Assembly (NCBI GenBank): GCA_043228905.1
Contig: JBHGNT010000003.1
Location: 6,076,001 to 6,140,000, forward strand
DNA: 64,000 nt
Reading direction: 5' to 3'
Source: Azolla caroliniana
Taxonomy: Eukaryota; Plantae; Polypodiophyta
A program made the position numbers and the translations under genes. A model generated the notes under the pieces. The model saw nothing but the letters and a program-made list of their open reading frames with translations, was not told where the DNA came from and ran no database searches. Numbering within the stretch: position 1 is the stretch's first letter; the number at the start of each line of letters is the position of its first letter. This document shows, one piece after another, positions 48,448 through 61,200 of the stretch.

Positions 48448-48801
48448 TGTCACGGATCATAAGCTCAAGAGATAAGCAAGAAGATAACCAAATGAACAAG
48501 AAAGAAGATAGTATTAAAGGAAAGACTCCATAACTGGTGTTGTTCACCTTGAATTCCTTCAAGGTGATCTCCTCTATTTATACTACATGGTATGCATACT
48601 TGTTGCACGCATGTGAATCTACAATAGAGCATGTAGGTATGCATGCATGTGCCAAGTGTAAATACTACAAGGGAGCAACCATGTACATGATGCTAACAAA
48701 ATAATAAGGATCAATTACATACATAACTATGTACTAGATATCTTGGTTAACTCATAATACTACATTATAACTATGTTACGTCAAGAGTTCGAATCTTGAC
48801 A
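48448..48801 (-). repeat. 5' LTR with TATA box (48575-48582)
   Basis: Direct repeat of 43511-43864; TATAAATA on the minus strand. Confidence 0.95.
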
Positions 48802-50257
48802 CAATTCATCAATACATAGAGCAAATAGAGTTGGTGATAGTGGCAATCCTTGATTAACACCAATTATTGCTATTGAAAAGTTTTGAAAGTTTATCACTCA
48901 TACGCACACAACATATAACCTTCTCATAAATTTGGGAGATTGCAAGCATATATTCACTTTGCACCTTGAGTTATTCCATTCGCCTCTAAAGAAGCTCGCG
49001 ACGTACTATATCAAAAGCTTTCTCAAAGTCTACGAAACAACAATATAAACCTTTTACCTCCAAGTTGACTTTCCTCCATTAATACTCAAAGGGTGACAAT
49101 GTGATCGATGGTGCTATGGTATTTTCGAAAGGCAGCTTGTCCATAAGTTCTCTTACCATTTTTTTCTAGCCCATGCACTTACCTTTTATTCCATTATACA
49201 TCCAAATAGTTTTGCCAGTGAGCGAACCATGATAGTTTAATAGTTGTTTACGTCATTTACATCTCCACCTTTATGTAAAGGTTTGATCCAATCTGTAGTC
49301 TAATCATATGGCATACCATGTTACAATGCATGATTAAACATGCCGTTTATCCATGCATGTGCTTCCTTTCCCATCCATTTGAGCATTTCAACCTTTATAC
49401 ATTGAAGATTGCTTGCATTTCCAGAGGCCAATTTCGTAAGTCCTATGCATATATTGTTGATTGTAAAGAAAGAAGACATATGTGAAAGACAACCATAACA
49501 CATCATCTTTCTGGCAAGAGATAGCTCATATAGTTTCTTACAATGCATAGACAAGTCAAGAAGAGTTAATCGCCATGACTCTCAATGCGTTTCCCCTTTA
49601 GAATTCCCAAATTTTAGCACGTGCATGCACTTTCTCTTGCGTTTGGATAAATTGTTAAGTAACTTCCCATATTTTCTCTTTCTTTGAATAAGCCTTTTGT
49701 ACTCATGCAAATGCTTTTCAGGTAATTTTCCTTATCCTTAACTACATCCAAAATCATAAGGCACTTTCGAGTTTCATGACATTCTTTATCAAACCATTTT
49801 TTCTTTGAACTCCATTTCTTGATGCATTTCCAAGATGTGTGCTTGGTCGAAAAACGTTTGTTTGCACATGGAGAATGACTTTCTTAAAAGTTTCCCATTT
49901 GCATTCTAGTGTGGCACCATGATGTATCTTTGTCATTTGTAACATATTCTCAACCATCTTGGAATACATGAGCGCTCGCTTAAGGTTCATCCTCAGTTGG
50001 CTTTGTTTATTATCTTCAATGACCTTCTCGGAAATCAAACCCATGCATACATTTGAGGTCAATACATAAAGCCCTATGATCGAATTCTGGTGTCCGATCA
50101 CTAAGTGAGAACTTATGTATATGATCCATAATACCATTGGAAAGTAGCATATAGTCAATTACACTATTTCCATTGTGTTTTCTACATGTAAAACCATTAG
50201 TGTTGGGCCATAAGGAGACACCATTTGCAATAAACAATTCGGTATTATTGCACATTT

Positions 50258-50298
<41 letters not shown>

Positions 50299-53200
50299 TC
50301 TATTGGAAGAGATCAAGTCATCCACATTTTGTTACGTTTAGGGGTTTAGGGTCATCTAGGGATTTCTTGAACTATAACCATTGGGTTTTCCTTTATGCTA
50401 TTGAGTTTTCCATCATTCATGTGAATTCCTTTGAGTTCTTCATTATACTTCCTAAATTCATTTGAATCCCCCCCGTTGCCAATCTATCTACCATTTGAAT
50501 TATTATGCATGGTTAGATCCTCCACTTTGTACGTTGTTACAATGTCTCTTTTGAAGGATGACCAAGGGCATCTCATGGCATAAGTAGAACTTCATTTGAG
50601 ATACAAGAGAATCATCGGTGTTTCATTTTACTATAAAAAAACTTCCACTTATAACACAAAAAAAATCCTAAGTTTTTATATTGTGCTTTATTATTCTTGA
50701 TCAATCGACCCAAAATAATGTATTGGCAATGTTTCATTAAATCAAGAGCATGCTTAATTGATTTGTGGAATAAGCTTATCAAACATGGGTTAGATGTTTA
50801 CCCCTATTGATGGTTAACTCATACTTCAATAGACTAGGTGAGTTGGGCCGAACTTTCATCGTTGACAAACTAATTCATCTAGTGATTGAAACTACAATAT
50901 TTACTCATTCAAAAAGTATGAATAATGGATGTGATTGTTTAAAGTTTTACTTTATTGTTGCTATGAGTATGTCAAAGGGGATTGTTTATCCGTCAAGCGG
51001 GCATTAACAAAGTCTCGGGATATGTATGCAAATTAATCAAGGGATAGAGTTATTGATATAGGTTAGTAGAATAATGATTGGGTTGCATTAGGAACTAATG
51101 CATCGGTGAAAGCATTACAATAGAATAAGTGGGTCTAAGAATATGTTCATTATCATTCTATTGGATATAATGTTGAACTAAAGAGACATTAATACCATGA
51201 CGTCTAGATTATGATGGACGCAAGCATTTATTATATCATAATTGATGGTTTGGAAACAGCAACTAACATTTTTAGTTATTGTGAGTAATTACGCCAACTT
51301 CTAGGTTTTTAAAACATACCCTAAATGCATCACATTTTATGGTGGTTGATAACTATTGGTTTTGTACCCTCTTAACTAGTAGCAATACAAATTCAGTCGA
51401 CTTTTGTGTTGATTATATTATTGTGTAGACACAACAAGGCTTTAATCTATTGTTGAACATAGTTGTGAACTACTTTTGTAAGACAATTAAGAAATCAAAG
51501 ATAAAATGCAGAAAGTTATGGGTTTCCTATGCAAAATGAGTTTTGCTTGTTAAGTCAAAATGAAGTACGAGTTGGCATCTTGCAAAGATGTGTCATGCTC
51601 CACAAATATTAACTCTTTAACGTATTAATATTTGGTGTTGCATTATTAATAGGTGCTGTCTTTTTTAGTGTATATAACCATGTGAAACAAGGTTGGTGTC
51701 TTTATGATGTTTAAGTATGTAGTATAGAACTCATTCCCCTTGGAAACCGTGGCTAAACTTCAAATAGAACACGAGCCTCTTAACTACTCTACCTTCAATA
51801 TGTGCTATCAATGAGTGTCTAAGGACCGATATTATGCACTTATGACACATGGATGCTTGGTGGTTGTTAAGTTTATTACATGCTAAGAATAATCCAATGT
51901 TCATCTCCGAAGTAGTAGGAAACCACACATGAACATATCTTCCTTGTATTGAGATGCAAAATTAGACCTTATATCCTAATTGGTTGCTAGAGTTTTATGT
52001 TGTGTATACACTCGCATTGACAATACATGATGACGTTGTTGACTTAACACAAGTTGAGAAAATCATGAAACTCAAGAACAACCTTTTCATTGTTGCTTGA
52101 ATGCATAAACGGTTCATCATGGTTTAAAACATTCTCATGTTGCTTAAACAATTTTAGAATATATTATAACCATGTGTTGGATAACTCGAGAATTGCTAAA
52201 ACATTATCAATTAACCATGACATGAAAATTTTCGCATTTCTAAAAATGTAGCATTCAAAAAACATGGATATATGCAAATAGTTGTTGGCTGCCTTGTGCT
52301 AAAAAAATGTGAAACTTTTTTTAACTAATATATATGTATAACATTATTGATAAGCTTTTTTATGACCGACGTTAGTTTTTTACCCAACAACAACATTGCA
52401 AATTTTAGTGGAACTATCTACATCAAACAATTTAGAAATAAATGCATGGATGATCACCACTCACAGATACAAACAATAATGTATATTATGTATATATATG
52501 GCGTTTCCATTCTTCTTAACGTGCACTTCATGCTTGGGATAATCATATTCAAAGTTGTGGAAGGAAATGCTCTTATTAACTAAATTTGCCATCAATAGTA
52601 TGCCATGACTCAATGATATTTTATCGTGAAAGTCACCCTTTTGAGTGTTTCTAATGGAGGAGAATAATCACCATTGAAATCTATAGCACAATGCATTGTG
52701 TTTAAGGTGGAGAATATGTATCAATTCCCCTCCTAGTGTAATGTGTTATGATTAATCGCACAAATTCTTTTGGCCCTTGGTTATTGTTCTTTATGGTTAA
52801 AAACAAAATGGTTCATACATAACCCAATTTATCAAGATGTCCTCATGATACAATTTTATTCTATTGTTAAGTCTTTTAGTGTTTAAGGCTTAAGTAAACT
52901 CTGAACATATGTATATATATCATGATGATATATCACATTTGAAATGGAGAATATTATGTGTAGAAAGTATATTCAATCAAGTGGCCTAATGTTAGTTTGA
53001 TGTTTGCATAAGTCAGCCTCACTTTTGTAGGTAAGAGTTGTGTTATGGCCAATACCATCAACCTCGAGTTCCTTCACCTTGGACGTTGGCTTGAAGGCAC
53101 GCGAAGTCGTGCACCCATCATAAAACCATATATTTCAACGCCCATGTCATCATCAACATTTATCACAATCATGGTCATCTTCTTCCTTTTCTTCGCCCCC

Positions 53201-54059
53201 AACGATGATGAAATTTGTTGCTAGAAAAATAAGAGCCTTGGGATCTCATAGGGCCTCGAGTCATGGTTCAACATGCTAAGGAGCATGCAATATCACACGT
53301 GTGAGCTCTGAGTGAATCCTTTGTCTTCAAGCGACATTCATTTACATCTGTCACTGCAATTGGAGTAGTGGTTAATCTTGGTCATCGAGTATTGTTATGG
53401 TTGTCGATATCTATTATTGTTAAGTACCCGACATATGTAACACGATTCATGAAGACATCAACACTAGCATAGGCACAGAGCTCAATGGAACATTAGAGGA
53501 GAAGGGAATAGAAGAAAACTCCCTTTAGAGCTCTAGGACAAAAGGCCACCCCAACATGAAACATGCAAACCTCGCAATAACAAGTTATTTATTATGCCAT
53601 TTTTTGTGACCTTTCTAGCTCTTTCCCTCTTAAATTTTCTCTTCTCCCATAGCTTAAGCTTGGGTTCTCGCCGTCATCTTCCTTAATCTACTAATCAAGC
53701 AAGTAGAATGATTAAGGTTAAACACTTATTAGTTATAACTTAATCGCTCAAAATTGGTGCCTTTACCAGGGAGAAGAGCTACAAAAATCACCAAAATCCT
53801 TCACATTGGGCCGACCCTTTGGTCTAGAGCGTTGAAGAGAGTTTTGTTCTATTCTCCTTTTGTATAATGCTATGTCAAGCTCGGTTTGATGCCTACGCTA
53901 GTGTAAACATCATCATGAACCATGTTACAATGGATACTTAACATCAACCCTCAACCTAATGATTGCACAACATTCACTATCGAATGACATAAAGGAGGGG
54001 GGGGGGGGGGTGTAAGGGTTTGGGCGTGGGAAGATGTTGAATTCAAGGTCTATGAGAGG

Positions 54060-54300
54060 GTGTTCTTGGAATAAGTGTTATCTCAGAATGAATGTCGCTT
54101 ATAGAATAAGAGGGCGTGCATGAAATGAAATGACCATTATGGAATGGGCTTGTGGAATACAAAGGCTTTCATGGAATGGGGAATGAGTGGTCGTGGAATA
54201 GAGCCTTCCTGGAATGGAATGGGTGCTCTTGGAATGGAGCTTTCGTGGGATGAGGAACGACCACACGTGGAATAGAGCCTTTTGCGTGGATAAAGCTTTT
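54060..54300. repeat. Degenerate GGAATG/TGGAATAGAGCC-rich tandem array
   Basis: Repeated GGAATGG and GTGGAATAGAGCC motifs after a poly(G) run. Confidence 0.55.
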
Positions 54301-55984
54301 AAGTGGCTTTGTACTTCGCCATTACAAGTTAAGATTTAAAAAAGGAATATTGTGCTAAATAAATGGGGGGTTGGCCATACATGTATATATCCTCTTGCAT
54401 CATTGAGATGTGTTGCATGAAAGATTATTGTGCATTGTATTGGAAAATTCTTGCATGACATTCATGTCATTAAAGGAGATGACCTGTCATTGGCTTTGAA
54501 CCAATCAATGTAATTTTTTGGATCGACAAAAGGTTGCTCTAAACAAGTCAAAAGTTAGAATCACAACAAAGAAATGTAGGATCTAGCCATTTGCTGCCAA
54601 TATTTTAAACCATATGTAGTGTTTCTGCCACCATCTTTAACAATTGAAAACACAATATTTTTATCCCTCTTAATCAAACACTTACCCCTCCTTGACCTTT
54701 TAATTCATTGGGATTTTTTCCCTATATCAAGGAGCGTACATTGTATTCGTTCATGCTTAGTAAAAAACATAACATTGTTTTCATTGGTGAGCTCATCTAT
54801 GCCGATGCCCGTATTCCACAAGCTTGAAGCACCCATTGTGATTCAAAAAACATAAATGTAAAAGCCATGGGTTAATCTCATAGGTGACGAATCCTAGTTA
54901 TTTATTCAGGGATTTTCCCTCTTCGTGTATCTTTTCGTCTTCCGACACATCCTTAAGCTTACACATTCTTTTCTCCTTGTATGCTTTGCAACAAGTATAA
55001 TGTTGTGAAAGAGTACGATCTTCACACTTAAAGCATTGCATGCCTTTAAGGTAGATCCAACTATTTTTCTAGTGTGATCATTCTCTTTGTTTCATCGACC
55101 ATGATGCATATCACAAGCCTTTCATTTGAGTGTTTCATTATTTTCGACCTCTATGTGCATCTATAAACATTGATTCCTGGTTTTGCCATAATGTGTATTA
55201 AATAACTCCCTAATGGTATTTCCAAGTCACGTAGATGTACATTTTTGTATTCTCCTCTACAATCCCGCAAATAACGATGTTCACTCTTACTCTTTCGATT
55301 CATGTGCATCCATATTTTCCATTCTTTGTTAGTGCCATAACTTCCATCATAGAGGGAAACAAAACGAGATCACAACTTCATCTATTAAGCAACGATTTTG
55401 ATGTGCACATATTCTTCAATTCTATTACATCATGCATCAAGATGTCTATTTTCTCCTTTTTCAATGCATAAACAAGTTCAATATTGTTTAAGCATTCATT
55501 TACTTCCAAACGAGCTTGCTTATATTTATATCATTTCACTTCGTCCTCATGTTGTGCATTGCGATCGAGTCTTTGATTGTTCGACAATGAGAGCTTTTAA
55601 ATTTCCATTCTCCATCTCGTGTGCTTGGAATGCTTCACTTCACTTATTGATGATATATTGTAACAAAACGAGCCCAAACCACTCATGCTCATTGTTTCTA
55701 ATGTCGATGATGTTGGTGTGTCCAAATCAAGAATCTTTTCTGGCTCGAGCTTGCTTTCCATTTCATTATCAGACTTTCCTTAAGAGCATGAGCCATGCCA
55801 AAGCTAAACCCTAGAGACAAATCCCCCCCTTTCTTGCTCAAATATTTCCCTTTTTAGACCTAGCCACAGAGCACACAAAGAGCCGGCGAACATTCAAGCC
55901 GATAGCTTGTCTAGATCGAAGGTGAAGATTTCAAGCCCATAGCTTGTCTAGATCGGAGGTGCATATGATCGAATTATGTATGAA

Positions 55985-56035
<51 letters not shown>

Positions 56036-56169
56036 ACAAGGAACCAATTATTGCATTGTCTAGATAGGATTTCCAACAAGAGTGCGAGACAACACACAAG
56101 GGAGAAAAAAAACTGACAAACACAAAATCCGATAATATCCCATAATTACAAAACTAGCTCCTCTTGTTT

Positions 56170-56760
56170 CCCACGTGCGAGTGAATCCTCGCCCCATCCG
56201 CCACGTTTCAAATAAAAGAAAGAAGAAGAATAAAATATTTTAGTCGTAACGCCGTATTTTTATTTTTCGTCTGCTTTTCTTTTTTTGACGATTCAAATCT
56301 CGCAAAGGGTTAAGGTGAAAAATAAATAAATAATTATTTCCTTGCTAGGTAATGCGAAGAAGTGTTTTTGTTTTTTGCTAGGTAATGCGAAGAAGTTAGC
56401 AAATAATGCGAAGAAGTGTTTATTTTGGAAAATAAATAAATAAATAAATAAATATTAAAAATTGACGTGTCACGTGATAAACGCGACACGTCATTTTTTA
56501 CCGCACGTTTTTTTATTTCTCTTTTTATACCCTAGAGCGAAAATAAAAAAAAAGGTAAAATTGAATCACGTGGTTGCGTGAGATAAAGAAAAAGTGAGAG
56601 GGGAGAAAAAAAACAAATGAAAAGGTTAAAAAAGATAATTTCTAAAAAAGAAACAGGAAATGGGTGAGACCGGGGTCATAATTAGAGGCGATTAATTAAT
56701 CGATTAATTAAGTGATTTAATTGGGTCACGTGACGGGGGAGCGACTCTCACGTGACCCGG
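56170..56760 (+). promoter_or_regulatory. G-box-rich upstream region of the ARF gene
   Basis: CACGTG at 56172, 56471, 56567, 56727 and 56749. Confidence 0.55.
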
Positions 56761-56809
56761 TGCTTTATTATTACTACTGACTATTAATATTTATTTATAT
56801 TTATTATCA

Positions 56810-57505
56810 CTTCCTTCTCTGTACTCTTCCTCGCCTACATTCTCATCATTTCTCTCTATTCTCTCTCTCTCTCTCTGTCTCTTTCTTTCTCTTCTTCTCT
56901 CTCTCTCTTCACTTTCTCTTCTCTCTTTATCTCTCTTCTCTCTCTCTTCGTCTCTTTATCTCTCTTGTCTCTCTCTCCCTCTCTACGTCTCGTTCTCTCT
57001 CTTCTCTCTCTCTCTTCGTCTCTCTGTCTCGCTTTATCTCTCTTCTCTTTGTGTCTCTCTTTATCTCTCTAGTTCTCTCTCTTCTCTTTGTGTCTCTCTT
57101 TATCTCTCTAGTTCTCTCTCTTCTCTCTCTCTCGTTCTCTCTCTGTCTCGCTTTATCTCTCTTCGTCTCTCTTTATCTCTCTAGTTCTCTCTCTCTTCTC
57201 TCTCTCTTCGTCTCCCTTCTCTCTGTGTCTCTCGTTCTCTTCGTCTCTCGTTCTCTCTCTTCGTCTCTCGTTCTCTCTCATTCTCTCTCTTCGTCTCTCA
57301 TTATCTCTCTTCTCTCTCTCTCTTCGTCCCTCATTATCTCTCTTCTCTCTTCTCTCTCTTTATCTCTCTTTCTCTTTCTCTTCGTCTCTCTCGTTCTCTC
57401 TGTGTCTCTCTTCGTCTCTCTCGTTCCTTCTGTCTGTATCTATCTCTTATTTCTCTCTCTCTCTCTCTCACATTCTCTCTCTTCCTTTCTCTCTCTTCTC
57501 CTTTG
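56810..57505. repeat. ~700-bp CT-rich low-complexity tract upstream of or within the ARF 5' leader
   Basis: Near-pure pyrimidine strand built of CTCT, TTATCTCT and CGTCTCTC units. Confidence 0.95.
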
Positions 57506-58229
57506 CGTGTCTGCAGAAAGATCACAGACAGACACAGACAAGACAGACAAAGAGTCCGCGGCCTCCTTCCTTCCTGTCACGACGACATAGCTTCTGCTCT
57601 CTCATTCTCATTCCCCCTGTGGAAACCCTACCACAACCCCCCTCCATCGCCTTCATCTGTGTAAACCCTAGCTGACTTCTTGCACCCCCCTCCCCTCCCC
57701 AAACAACCAAAAAGCAATCTCCTGTGCAGAAACCCTAACTCCTTCCAGAAACCCTAACTCCTTGCAGAAACCCGAGCTCTCTCTGCCTAAACCCTAACTT
57801 CTCTCCTTCTCTCTTTTTTTTTTTTCTTGTTGTTGCGAAAACCTTGACTTCCTTTCCAAACCCTTTTTCCTTGCCCTAACCGTAATTCCCTGTCGAAACC
57901 CCGCAATTCCTTGTGTACCCCTCTCATTTTCTGTAAAAACCTTGCCTTCCTGTTCGAAGACCTAACTCCTGTCTAAAACCCTAGCTCCCTGTGGAAACTG
58001 TACTCTTCTGCCCGAGCCGCTATTCTCTGTGAAAGCTCTAGCTGCCTGAAGTAAAACTTAGCTTCATGTGGAACCCCTAATTTCCTGCAGAAACCAGCTT
58101 TCGTTTCTTATGTAGATCTTCTTTATCATCATCATTCCTCTCCATATTTTTTCGATGTCTCAGCTCCGTTTTTCTCCTTCGTCCATAAACTCCCACCATT
58201 CCTCCATCTTTCCCGACCACTCTTCATCC

Positions 58230-61200
58230 ATGGCTGAAATGGCACGTCTTCATTCATCGATTCACTCACCTCAGAGGTCTGCAAACCATGGTAAACTCTA
58301 CATTTCTCTCTCTCTCTCTCAAGTTCTTCAAACAAGACTAACTTTCCAGATCTTAAGAAAACAAGTTGTCTTTATTATCCTCATTCACCTTCACCGTCGT
58401 CATCATTATCTTCCTCTTCATTTTCAGCTGCGAACTACACAGAGGAGCTATGGAGAGCTTGCGCAGGTCCTTTAGTTTCTGTACCTAAGGTTGGGGAGAG
58501 AGTATGGTACTTCCCACAAGGTCACATGGAGCAGGTACGGGCTTTCTTTTTTGAAGTTTCTGAAGCTTCGATTTGTTAGGATTAGGGTTGGGATTGGGGT
58601 TCTCGTTTCAATTGTAGAAGAGCTTAAAATTCTGTACAAAAATCGGGGTTTGTAAACATTTTGAAGCTTCATTTTGTTAGGGTTGTAGTTTCATTGGAAG
58701 AAAAGCTCCGTATACTTAGGGAAGGTTGGGGTATTAAAGCTGTCTCATGCTTCCATTTGGTAGGGTTAGGGAGTCAAGAAAAGGAGAGCTTTGAGTTCTG
58801 GAGAAACATTAAGGTTTCGAGGTCTTTCAAGATTCCAGCTGTTAGCGTAAAGGTTTTCTCTTCAAATTTTGACCGCAGATTAGGAAGCTCTTCAAAGGTT
58901 CCGTTAGTTAGGGTTAGTGTTTCAACAACAGGAGAGCCCAAGTTCTGTATAGAAAGGAAGGGCTTTAAGCTCTTTCAAGCTTTCATTAACTAGGTTTAAG
59001 TTTTTAATAAAACAGGAGCTTCAAATTCTGGAGGCAAATTAGGTTTTTAAGCTCTTTCAAGTTTCCATTGGCTCGGCCTAGGATTTGAAGATCAGGAGAG
59101 TGATAATCTGGAGAAAAGTTAGGGATTTGAAGCTTTTTTAAGCTTCTTTTGTTTAGGGTAAGTGGTTCAAGCGCAGACGAACTCCAAATTTAGTAGAAAC
59201 ATTAGGTTTCAAGCGTCATCACAGAAAGCTATTTACAAATCTCGAATTTGCCACGTTTGTTAAGATTTTCAAAACTTTACTTTGTTAGGGTTCAACTTCT
59301 ATAACAAATGTAGGATTCCAAGCATTAACACAGAAACAGTTTTCTGAGATTGTCAGGGTTTAAGCATTTCAAGCTTCAACACAAAAACTTTCATCCAGTT
59401 GACTTTAAGGCTTAGGGGTTTCAGTTCAAAACAAAAACTATGTCCAAATAACGAATTTCTTGGGGTTTAGGCTTTTCATGTCTCAACAGAGACACTGATA
59501 CCAAGGTTTTTAGGCTTAGGCTTAGGGTTATGGTTTCAAGTTTCAATACAGAAGTTACCGAGGTTAGGGCTTCAAGCTTCAACACAAACAGGTTTTCAAT
59601 GGGTTAGTGTTTTAATTTACAATACATAAACTGTTATCGAGGTTAGGGTCTCAATCTTCAATGCAGCAACGGTTTTTCAAGTTTGTTAGGGTTAGTTGTT
59701 TTAATATATAAACTCTTATTGAGATCTCATATCTAATGTTTTAGTATCTTTGTTGGGCAGGTCACTGCATCAACTGGTTCATCTCAAGGATCAGATCATC
59801 AAATGCCACAGTATAATTTGCCATCTCAGATTCTCTGTCGAGTCATGAATCTCACCCTTAGTGTGAGTAATATCTCCATAGTTTCAGTTCTCTTTTCATC
59901 TTCTTCAATTAAGTTTTGTCATAGATGCATAATGCTTTTCTTTTCTCCTTCTTCTTTAAGAAAGCTTTAGCATAGGCTCATTTTTCGCCCAAATGCTTAA
60001 TTTCTTTCCATTATTCTACAAGAATGCTCCTCTCATCCCTTCAATTTTGTGTCTTCGATGCTGAAAGGAAGCTCCCCCATTGTTGCATTTTTCTTTATTC
60101 TTCAAAAAAGCTTTTCTATAGCTTCATGTCTCTTTTGCCTTCTTCAGGATAGCTTTTCCATTGCCACTTGTTGTTGTTGTTGTTCTCCTCCTCCTCTTCC
60201 TTCTCTTCATGAAAGTTTCTCCATAGCTTATTTATTTATTTTTCCATTCATTTGATTCTTGTTCTTTCTACATTTTATCAGGCTGAACCTGAAACAGATG
60301 AGGTGTTTGCTCAGCTTGCTCTGCTACCAGGGCCCGAAGAAGTAATGGTTTTCCTATGTAATCTTAAGCTTTTTAAGCTTTCATGAGTTTGAGGCTATGG
60401 AAGTGAACTCACTCTTCTCTGACTGTTCTCTCAGGGCATGGATCAAATTATCAACACTGCAGAAGAAGATCCTTCAGTATCTCTTCCTCAACAGCGTCCT
60501 ATTCGTATGTTTACTAAGATACTCACTGCCTCTGATACAAGCACTCATGGTGGTTTCTCTGTGCTAAGGAAGCATGCTGAAGACTGTCTTCCTCTATTGG
60601 TAAGGAACAATACATAATCTCTGGTCTGGACCCCTTTGGATTCATTCTTGGTTCCTAGCTATGTCTTAGACAGAACTAGATTTTGTTTGAAGTATGGTTT
60701 TCTTCCCTGAGAAGTATATACCTTTCCTTAAGTTTTCATGCCTTTAGGATTATGCTTTAAATGCTTTCTTGTCATAATTATGGCTTGTGAAAGGTTCATT
60801 TTTCTCCATGTTTGAAAGAGAAATATTCTCTTATCTTCTTCTTTATGTGTGTAGGATATGAGCCAAGAGACACCTAGCCAGGAGCTTGTAGCTACAGATC
60901 TTCATGGTCAAGAGTGGAAGTTCAGACATACTTATCGAGGTAGATTTTGAACCTTTCATGCTCAGTCGTGGTTGGATTTATTATCTTTTGAAAACCTTTG
61001 TATTCATTGTCATCTGCCATTATTCATGTCCAAATTTGTGTTATCTTTTGGACAGGACATCCAAGGAGACATTTGCTCACCACTGGATGGAGCTATTTTG
61101 TAAGTCAGAAGAAACTTGTTGCTGGAGATGCTGTGGTTTTCATCAGGTATATTACAGTGAATCTTATGCATAATTTTTCTTTGTGTACGATGTCTTGTCT

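Larger units (their letters stand above)
43511..48801 (-). mobile_element. Full-length Ty3/gypsy chromovirus, Tcn1/sushi-like, 5291 bp, TSD CAATT; pol disrupted
   Basis: 354-bp LTRs with TG..CA ends; CAATT at 43506-43510 and 48802-48806; PPT at ~43865-43880; gag, protease (LLDSGT), RT, RNase H, integrase and group I chromodomain (EEYEVDQILDSR..YLVLWRGY..ATWEP). Confidence 0.96.
42230..50255 (-). mobile_element. Decayed RTE-like LINE split by the LTR element at 43511-48801
   Basis: SVIDYML (endonuclease), CFVDFEKAFD, PLSPTLFALCIDEL|EEIIP..LLYADD joins across the insertion, KTKIM, and a C-terminal Cys/His region near 42350-42550. Confidence 0.8.

Noticed and set aside
14897-48801. Both LTR insertions fall between the GxPL and (Y/F)ADD motifs of a LINE RT
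   Set aside because: Only two events, with different families and target sequences; coincidence is sufficient.
50300-55900. AT-rich region with small ORFs
   Set aside because: No recognisable domains; probably ancient TE remnants.
57051-57590. 179-aa Leu/Ser-rich membrane-like ORF and antisense Arg/Glu ORFs
   Set aside because: Artefacts of the CT microsatellite.
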